A DNA stretch of 51,532 bases, from contig MU271188.1 in NCBI GenBank assembly GCA_021432655.1, positions 1 through 51,532 on the forward strand, in the 5' to 3' direction. Under the pieces are notes generated by a model. The model was given only the letters and a program-made list of their open reading frames with translations, searched no databases and had not been told where the DNA came from. Source of the DNA: Atractiella rhizophila (lineage: Eukaryota). Positions 25,301-34,700 of this stretch are shown here, piece by piece; the stretch's first letter is position 1, and each line of letters begins with the position of its first letter. Position numbers and translations under genes: made by a program.

Positions 25301-27877
25301 CCATCTCTTCTCTCCTCAGCAACCGGCAAGTCCTCCCCTTCGATGACCACGAGCAGTAGCGTCAATTCAACGGAAGCTGCAAGACCTTCGACAAGTACTT
25401 CCTCTCACACCGTCGTCAGTGGGAGCAGTCACGGACACCAAGGTATGGTGAGGATGAGCGAAGAGGCGAAGGGTCGGAAAAGGAGTGGAAGCACTCATGG
25501 TCACGAGATGAGATCAGGAGTGGGAGATAGCGAGGGGGAGAAGGAAATCGCTAACTGGATGGATTCTGGTGATAAGGATGTGCGTTCCCTTTATATCTTA
25601 CTTTACTCTGGCTGATATTTGATTCATCCTCAAGCGAGACGATGCAGACGATGCCGAGTTCGAGAGGCTGATGATGTCGGGCAAGACTATGAAGGTGTCC
25701 CTTACCCCAAATCGGTTACGCACCATGGAGGTGTGTTTCTATCTCTTCTGTTGCTCTGTATGGCTGACGGCATCGTGAAGGCATTCGAGAAGGAGAAAGC
25801 CCATAGCCGCAACGCTTCGTCCTCTGGCGCTTCGACACCTTCTGCCAAAATGTCTCGCGAACGATCCCTCTCCCAACCTCAGCCTAACTCTGTTACTCCC
25901 AAAATTTCACCCATGATGCATACAATGCCCCTCAGCAGTGCTGTCGGCGCTTCTCCTTCGTCGTCTCCATCCGCTTCTAAACCTCGTCTCAAACCGCGAG
26001 GTGCTCGCAAGGCGCCGGAAGAAGTTGAATCAATTGCAGAGGACGAAGAGGAGGAGGAGCTCGATTCCGAAGATGAAAGGATGGGATATCGTCGGAAGCC
26101 TCAGAAGGAGAAACAAGAAAGCCTTTTCGACATTCTCAACAGCGCTCCTCCATGGGAGAGGGATCCTTCGCCCGCTCGTCCAGGGCCGATGCAAGCTGGT
26201 GTGGCCTCGTCTGGGCCCGGGGAACGGGAGAAGCCATCTAGTCGAAAGCTACAGAAGATGTCCGGAGAAGGAAGGTCCTCGTTTGGCCATAATCGTGCCC
26301 TACCTGGAACTGGAAGTTTCAGCGCGAATCCTAGCAAGCTCACTTTCGACGAGAAGACCACGTTTGGCAGTCGGGACGACTTATCAGTGTCGACGGCGGC
26401 GATGAATAGGAACAAGAGCCAGCCTAATCTGAGGGGTGCATTTGCAGATGATAAGGTTGCGAGAGGAAACTACAATACGGAGAGCACGAAAGATTTGGCC
26501 GACTTTTTTAACTCTGTTCCTCCACCTCCTGCAGCGCGGACAAACACTGTATTGTCAGATGAAGGGGAGAAGAAGAAGAAAGGCATTTTTAAGAACATCG
26601 TTTCCAAGCTAGGAGGAAAGGGAGGAGATGGCCGGAACGCCACTGAGGAGGAGGAGGCAGCGTTCAGAGGAACCTCTTCCCCTAACTTTGGTGCTGCACA
26701 CACTGGTCACCAAATGGCAATGGGAGGAACCGCTGGTCTAAACAGGAAAGGCAGCAAAGGAGGTGGCGTTGGGATCTCTTCGGACGACATCAAGCGGATG
26801 CGGGGAACTGGAGGCGGCTCTTCCATATCGCTGGACCAGCCATTTCCCTCCAACTCAACCAGCACTAGCAGCCCGCGCATAGACTTTCCTCCTGCTCGTG
26901 GAACCTCTTCCCTCCCGAAATCAGCGTCAGCCGCGAATGCTTCAAAACTCGTTGCTGCTAGTGCGAACGGAGTAAGCGACTTTTCAGCTCTCCTCGAGAA
27001 GTCAACTGCGCCGTCCCGGCCATCTCTATCCAACAACCCATCCTCAAGTAGCATGAATACAAGTCAACCAAGACCTTCGTTTCAGAAACCCGCTTCCGGC
27101 ATGTCTACAGACACCATAACTTCGAGCGACTCTTTCAAGACCGCCCGTGGGAGCAGCGACATGATCACCTCTTCTCAAGGACAAAGGAAGATATTTGCCG
27201 AACCTGGATCCGGGCTTCACATCCAGACGCCACTCCACTCCACAGATTCTTTAACCTCAAATGGAGCTCAAAGTTCTGTCTCACCCCCAGATACTCCCCA
27301 GCAGTCCACAATGAGAGGAAATCGACCGCTTTATCTGCCAACAAAGGTAGAGCAGAATTACAGAGACAATCCCAACGCTCACAAACGACGATCCAATTCT
27401 CACTTATCCGGACGATCCATGACGCCTGTCTCTTCGATCCCAGAGCATGCTGACGCTAATTACTTGAGAGAGCGTGGTCCTGGTGCGCGATCGAGTCCCT
27501 CGAGCCCGAATGTCAGGGGAGGAGGATTGAGACCTTCCTCGGCGGGAAGCAGCGGGGACACCAGTGAGATGGAGGTCGTCTTGAACGCGCTCAAGAATTT
27601 GCAGAGACAGTTTGAAGGGGCGGAGTCAGTGGCAGAGTGTAAGGAAGCGTTAGATTCCACAATTCTCAAACTGGTATCGGAAGGTAGTGGTGGTCTGAAT
27701 GGAAGGGAGAGGAGGACGTCGAGTCCCATGCCAAAGATGAAGAGCGAGAGGACCGAGAAAGAGTATAAGAGACATCAGGAGGCATTGGAGGGTAGCATGG
27801 CTGAGTTCTTATTAGGAGAAGGAGGACCAGAGATGGTTGCACATGGGCCGAACGTCGTCCTAAATCATGGGGAGTGA
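22305..27877 (+). CDS. Large uncharacterised fungal protein: N-terminal helical domain plus long Ser-rich disordered region with D-F/I-L/F-x-x-x-PP motifs
   Basis: Exons splice in frame: 22305..(LNLFLDELLHLF, LAKSAVLEAELAIREY, TPALAIYAERIVSVV/AEYVLRR)...GGM | 1202-nt intron 23295-24496 | RVRLYME | HQLQAS...DK | RDDADDAEFERLMMSGKTMKVSLTPNRLRTME | AFEKEK...ESLFDILNSAPPW...STKDLADFFNSVPPP...NHGE*. The gene contains an internal exon-block duplication. Confidence 0.7.
23345..23690 (+). ncRNA. Candidate structured RNA element inside the 1.2-kb intron
   Basis: Manually paired stems: 23345-23357/23405-23416, 23359-23369/23394-23404, 23475-23481/23534-23540 (inner tgtag/ctaca, gcgg/ccgc, ctgcct/gggcag), 23541-23546/23566-23571 and 23574-23580/23589-23595, closed by ttcca/tggaa. 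Many G-U pairs on the + strand. No family recognised. Confidence 0.4.
24439..25680. repeat. Tandem direct duplication 2, ~620 bp, intragenic exon block (copies ~24439-25057 and ~25059-25680)
   Basis: ORFs 24720 and 25343 are near-identical. Junction gatgatgtcgg-a-ttcatctatctc at ~25058. Confidence 0.95.
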
Positions 27878-28307
27878 AGAGGTTTTCTCCCACACCTGTC
27901 AAGTTGAAGAGTGCCTGTCTGTTGTGAAAGAATCCTGTTTCTTCTTTTCTGGAGGAACCTCACCAAAGTATGAAGAATACATGTGATCTGTGTGGAGTAT
28001 TTATTCGATGTAAAAGTCTCTCGTTATCTTTTATCTGGCTGGGATGTTTGACTTCAGACTCCATTCCCAATACCCCATATACCCCTCTCTTCCTTTCTTC
28101 GAATTCCAATGCATTGACACTTATCGATTATCCATTGCCTTCCTCTGCTCCACAGTTGCACCATGCGCTCGTCGAAAACATCTCGTCCTCGCTCACAACA
28201 AACCTCTTGCATAAAGAAGTTCTGATTGAGGCACATAGAACATTGTGCACAACAACATTAAACGCGAACGCGTCAGTCAGGTGACCGCGACAGAGAAAAT
28301 CCAGAAA

Positions 28308-29027
28308 ATGCGCTTTGATCGGGAGCAACTCGAGCGACGTGCACCACTGAGGCCCAGAGAAAACAAGGAGCAAAGGTGCCCTATAAAGGGTCGATTGCTT
28401 CATTGTTGGCGGTACTCAGACGTACTCCCACTTCCAACGGAGCTCGACCCGCTCTTGCTTGCACCTGTGCAGCGGTTTGTTTGATTCACCTCACTGATAG
28501 ATCCAAGACGAAGACGAGATGGCGACTGAAGTCATCGACCAATTTCCTGCGCAACCTCCCCCCGGGAAGCATGTTTTTGTCCCATTTGTTCCGTTGGCGA
28601 TGGAGATGAATTGCTGATCATACCTCTGGACAGCAGATTAGGCAGGCAAATAAGGATCCGCGTCAATGCTTTCGAAATCCCTTTCGATAAAAGCGATAAT
28701 CTAAAAAAATTGGAGAAATCAGGAATTAAACAGTTTCGCGTGAGTCTCTCCTCGAATTGTATATCGGGACGTCAATTGTAATCTTCTTGATGTTGCCTTT
28801 TTGACAATACAAATATTTATTCAAACTTCTAGGATGTAGTGCAGTAGACCCATGTCGCGTTGCTTTCCTATCCATTTTTATCTGGCGTAAAAAAGAAAAC
28901 AGTTATTCCTTGCGAGCGCCGCATATCAAGATAACCTGTCATGTCACACCATTACAGTTCCAGAGACATATTCTGAATGTGAAACATGATGGCACTCTAT
29001 TGGGTTGATACCTGGAAAGCATCCTTC
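28308..29027 (+). pseudogene. 5' fragment of the Argonaute gene created by duplication 3
   Basis: Copy of 31778-32497, including the LGRQIRIRVNAFEIP exon, fused to the 3' half of the upstream gene. Confidence 0.8.
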
Positions 29028-31352
29028 AACTGGATGGATTCTGGTGATAAGGATGTGCGTTCCCTTTATATCTTACTTTACTCTGGCTGATATTTGATTC
29101 ATCCTCAAGCGAGACGATGCAGACGATGCCGAGTTCGAGAGGCTGATGATGTCGGGCAAGACTATGAAGGTGTCCCTTACCCCAAATCGGTTACGCACCA
29201 TGGAGGTGTGTTTCTATCTCTTCTGTTGCTCTGTATGGCTGACGGCATCGTGAAGGCATTCGAGAAGGAGAAAGCCCATAGCCGCAACGCTTCGTCCTCT
29301 GGCGCTTCGACACCTTCTGCCAAAATGTCTCGCGAACGATCCCTCTCCCAACCTCAGCCTAACTCTGTTACTCCCAAAATTTCACCCATGATGCATACAA
29401 TGCCCCTCAGCAGTGCTGTCGGCGCTTCTCCTTCGTCGTCTCCATCCGCTTCTAAACCTCGTCTCAAACCGCGAGGTGCTCGCAAGGCGCCGGAAGAAGT
29501 TGAATCAATTGCAGAGGACGAAGAGGAGGAGGAGCTCGATTCCGAAGATGAAAGGATGGGATATCGTCGGAAGCCTCAGAAGGAGAAACAAGAAAGCCTT
29601 TTCGACATTCTCAACAGCGCTCCTCCATGGGAGAGGGATCCTTCGCCCGCTCGTCCAGGGCCGATGCAAGCTGGTGTGGCCTCGTCTGGGCCCGGGGAAC
29701 GGGAGAAGCCATCTAGTCGAAAGCTACAGAAGATGTCCGGAGAAGGAAGGTCCTCGTTTGGCCATAATCGTGCCCTACCTGGAACTGGAAGTTTCAGCGC
29801 GAATCCTAGCAAGCTCACTTTCGACGAGAAGACCACGTTTGGCAGTCGGGACGACTTATCAGTGTCGACGGCGGCGATGAATAGGAACAAGAGCCAGCCT
29901 AATCTGAGGGGTGCATTTGCAGATGATAAGGTTGCGAGAGGAAACTACAATACGGAGAGCACGAAAGATTTGGCCGACTTTTTTAACTCTGTTCCTCCAC
30001 CTCCTGCAGCGCGGACAAACACTGTATTGTCAGATGAAGGGGAGAAGAAGAAGAAAGGCATTTTTAAGAACATCGTTTCCAAGCTAGGAGGAAAGGGAGG
30101 AGATGGCCGGAACGCCACTGAGGAGGAGGAGGCAGCGTTCAGAGGAACCTCTTCCCCTAACTTTGGTGCTGCACACACTGGTCACCAAATGGCAATGGGA
30201 GGAACCGCTGGTCTAAACAGGAAAGGCAGCAAAGGAGGTGGCGTTGGGATCTCTTCGGACGACATCAAGCGGATGCGGGGAACTGGAGGCGGCTCTTCCA
30301 TATCGCTGGACCAGCCATTTCCCTCCAACTCAACCAGCACTAGCAGCCCGCGCATAGACTTTCCTCCTGCTCGTGGAACCTCTTCCCTCCCGAAATCAGC
30401 GTCAGCCGCGAATGCTTCAAAACTCGTTGCTGCTAGTGCGAACGGAGTAAGCGACTTTTCAGCTCTCCTCGAGAAGTCAACTGCGCCGTCCCGGCCATCT
30501 CTATCCAACAACCCATCCTCAAGTAGCATGAATACAAGTCAACCAAGACCTTCGTTTCAGAAACCCGCTTCCGGCATGTCTACAGACACCATAACTTCGA
30601 GCGACTCTTTCAAGACCGCCCGTGGGAGCAGCGACATGATCACCTCTTCTCAAGGACAAAGGAAGATATTTGCCGAACCTGGATCCGGGCTTCACATCCA
30701 GACGCCACTCCACTCCACAGATTCTTTAACCTCAAATGGAGCTCAAAGTTCTGTCTCACCCCCAGATACTCCCCAGCAGTCCACAATGAGAGGAAATCGA
30801 CCGCTTTATCTGCCAACAAAGGTAGAGCAGAATTACAGAGACAATCCCAACGCTCACAAACGACGATCCAATTCTCACTTATCCGGACGATCCATGACGC
30901 CTGTCTCTTCGATCCCAGAGCATGCTGACGCTAATTACTTGAGAGAGCGTGGTCCTGGTGCGCGATCGAGTCCCTCGAGCCCGAATGTCAGGGGAGGAGG
31001 ATTGAGACCTTCCTCGGCGGGAAGCAGCGGGGACACCAGTGAGATGGAGGTCGTCTTGAACGCGCTCAAGAATTTGCAGAGACAGTTTGAAGGGGCGGAG
31101 TCAGTGGCAGAGTGTAAGGAAGCGTTGGATTCCACAATTCTCAAACTGGTATCCGAAGGTAGTGGTGGTCTGAATGGAAGGGAGAGGAGGACGTCGAGTC
31201 CCATGCCAAAGATGAAGAGCGAGAGGACCGAGAAGGAGTATAAGAGACATCAGGAGGCATTGGAGGGTAGCATGGCTGAGTTCTTATTAGGAGAAGGAGG
31301 ACCAGAGATGGTTGCACATGGGCCGAACGTCGTCCTAAATCATGGGGAGTGA
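29028..31352 (+). pseudogene. 5'-truncated second copy of the large uncharacterised gene (last exons only)
   Basis: Starts inside the ...NWMDSGDKD exon and lacks all the N-terminal exons. The ORF translation is identical to copy 1. Confidence 0.85.
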
Positions 31353-31777
31353 AGACGTTTTCTCCCAAACCTGTCAAGTTGAAGAGTGTCTGTTGTGAAA
31401 GAATCCTGTTTCTTCTTTTCTGGAGGAACCTTCACCCAAAGTATGAAGAATACATGTGATCTGTGTGGAGTATTTATTCGATGTAAAAGTCTCTCATTAT
31501 CTTTTATCTGGCTGGGATGTTTGACTTCAGACTCCATTCCCAATACCCCATATACCCCTCTCTTCCTTTCTTCGAAATCCAATGCATTGATACTTATCGA
31601 TTATCCATTGCCTTCCTCTCCTCCACGGTTGCACCATGCGCTCGTCGAAACCATCTCGTCCTTGTCCACAACAAACCACTTATATAAAGTTCTGATGGAG
31701 GCATATAGAACGTTGTGCACAACATTATTAAACGCGAACGCGTCAGTCAGGTGACCGCGACAGAGAAAATCCAGAAA

Positions 31778-34700
31778 ATGCGCTTTGATCGGGAGCAACT
31801 CGAGCGACGTGCACCACTGGGGCCCAGAGAAAACAAGGAGCAAAGCTGCCCTATAAAGGGTCGATTGCTTCATTGTTGGCGGTACTCAGACGTACTCTCA
31901 CTTTCAACGGTGCTCGACCCTCTCTTGCTTGCACCTGTGCAGCGGTTTGTTTGATTCACCTCACTGATAGATCCAAGACGAAGACGAGATGGCGACTGAA
32001 GTCATCGACCAATTTCCTGCGCAACCTCCACCCGGGAAGCATGTTTTTGTCCCATTTGTTCCGTTGGCGATGGAGATGAATCGCTGATCATACCTCTGGA
32101 CAGCAGATTAGGCAGGCAAATAAGGATCCGCGTCAATGCTTTCGAAATCCCTTTCGATAAAAGCGATAATCTGAAAAAATTGGAGAAATCAGGAATTAAA
32201 CAGTTTCGCGTGAGTCTCTCCTCGAATTGTATATCGGGACGTCAATTGTAATCTTCTTGATGTTGCCTTTTTGACAATACAAATATTTATTCAAACTTCT
32301 AGGATGTAGTGCAGTAGACCCATGTCGCGTTGCTTTCCTATCCATTTTTATCTGGCGTAAAAAAGAAAACAGTTATTCCTTGCGAGCGCCGCATATCAAG
32401 ATAACCTGTCATGTCACACCATTACAGTTCCAGAGACATATTCTGAATGTGAAACATGATGGCACTCTATTGGGTTGATACCTGGAAAGCATCCTTCCAT
32501 TTTGACGTAGACTTGTTGGCTGATTATTTGATAAATCCTTTGCTTGGCTTGTTTGTACAATTTCGATCGTATTTGCAGAATGCTCTCACTGCGTCTCCTG
32601 TTGAGCTGTTCAAACGATTCGGATCGTTCGCTCTGTTCAAGTTTCGCGCCTATTTCGTCATCTGATTCCCGTCTACAAACAGGTCTCCATTGTGTCTGCA
32701 TCTTCAGAACAAGGCAGTCGAGAGGTAAAGGATCGACGCGCCCGTCGCGTCATCTTCGACTCTGTCGATTGGAGGAGTTGGTGGAGCAGGCAGGGAAAGC
32801 CGCAGGATAGTTCGGATCCCCAAAGGCTTTTGACGGGAAAGTATGTTTGTCAACTGTTGAGATCTCTAGCGAGCGATGAATCTGAAGGAGTGCCGACTTG
32901 CAGTTTCACGCTTGGTCTACCTATGATCTCTCCGACCCGGATCCAAATGTGATTTCACTCTGTTTTGACCTCAAAGCAAAGCACGTTGATCAGACAAACG
33001 GCTAGTGGCCTACAATCGCAGATTTCAGTGATGGTACACAGCCAAAGAGATTCCTGGTCACTGTATGTTGCCTGCAAAAATTCTCAACGAGTCCGAATCT
33101 CAAGATGGGACAGTTGAGACCTGAGAAACAGCTGAACATCGCTCCACTTGGTCAATTTCTCTTCGGATTGAGAAATAACTTCAATAGCCCAGAAGTGTGA
33201 GCTCTTCTTGACTCATTTGACAGCAAATAGTGTAGGTTGTAAAAAAGTTGTCTTGTCTAGCATCGACATCATTCGGGCTTTCAATTGCTTTCGTGAGAAT
33301 AGCTTGCTCATCAATTACAAACTGAACATGCCTGCAGTTCAGCACTCCATATACCGTAGCTTTCACATCGAAGGAAATATCATATATGACACCAACGACA
33401 CAGCTCGAGCAGGTGCTATGGACCTCGTCCGTGAGCCAAAACTCCCTTTATTTCACATATCTCCGTTATTATTGCTAAATGGTGAACAGGTGGTTATATC
33501 CAGCACATACGACCAGCAAAACGGTGCCTCGTCTTGAATATGGACACCCGCGTTGGAGTCGTATAGTGCGCTGCTTTTTCAATCCCCCTTGTCACCAGAA
33601 TGTTGATAATCTAACAATCGGACTGGTCGATCTCTCATCGAATTCATCCTCGAACTCCTCAAAGATCCTCCTTCAGATCTTAACCTCGGACGGGCTAGCC
33701 ACTTCACCGTTGAGGGTCTGAGAGCTGACAGAATGGATGGCCAACTTCGGCTTAACATAGGACGGTTGTTGCGAAAGCGAGAGATTGAATACTGTCCGCG
33801 AGAAGGGAATGTCGTCACAAGAGGAAGAATATCCGGCTTAGGATTGGTAGGGGCCGATCAGGAAATGTTCGAGATTAATGAAGGTGGTAAAACAACTAGG
33901 ATCAGTGTTGCGGTATGTTTTTCCTCTGTCTGTGCCTCAAGTCCAATATTAACGAAACGTGCAGCATTATATTGAGCGCAAGTACAATCTGCGTTTACGG
34001 CACCCTCAACTTCCTTGCGTCACGATCAAGAACGGCAGCGTATCTCTCCCCATGGAACTTTGCGTACCTCGTAAGGTGGGTTCAAATCTTGACCATCGGA
34101 TTCTTCAAAGTTAATCCGTGAGACAACAGGGTCAGTTGTTCAAAGGGAAAGCAGCTGCAGGTTTGATTATGGAGATGCTCAAATTTGTCAGGGCAGGGTA
34201 AGTCTAATAATCTGTCCACAACAAATTACCTTAATGCCACATGATAGGCCAGCTGTCAGGATTGGAAAGGTCGTCAACATGTTGGACACAATAAAGACCA
34301 TTAATGCGGCAAGTCCAGAGTAGGCTCCATCTCTCCCCCTCATATCAATCCACTGATAAATTACCGGTAGCATGCGCCAATTGGGCATAGCTCCAACTCT
34401 CAAAGCCATTGAAATGGTAGCCCGAGTCCTATCAGCACCGCGATTAGCCTACCGCGGGTGTGCACTTCGCCTTCTCCTCAAATCTTGCTCATCCTCTTGT
34501 CAGTGCACCTCTTCGAGGGGATCCTGCCAACCAACAGTCGGTTCATGGGGTCCCAGATGTGCATTTATCAGCAGGAGAGCATCGCGTGGTGAAGGGATCG
34601 TGGAATGTTACCCAGCAAAGTTTCAGTGAGGTGGTGCAGTGTAGTGACTGGCACGTTGAATATTTGATCTCAATGCCAGTTGTGATAGGTAGGGGCTTAG

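Larger units (their letters stand above)
25553..32497. repeat. Tandem direct duplication 3, period ~3475 bp (copies 25553-29027 and 29028-32497)
   Basis: Identical 752-aa ORFs at 25619 and 29094. Junction gcatccttc|aactggatgg at 29027/29028. Confidence 0.95.

Noticed and set aside
25938..27902. Overlapping alternative-frame and antisense ORFs within the 752-aa ORF (and similar ones elsewhere)
   Set aside because: Shadow ORFs of coding sequence with no independent motifs.
15823..32497. Duplications as LTRs or transposon products
   Set aside because: The repeats consist of host genes, with no TG...CA termini, terminal inverted repeats, target-site duplications or transposase/RT coding sequence.
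15823..32497. RIP-like hypermutation between duplicate copies
   Set aside because: Differences include many transversions, go in both directions and sit at synonymous sites, unlike directional C-to-T RIP.
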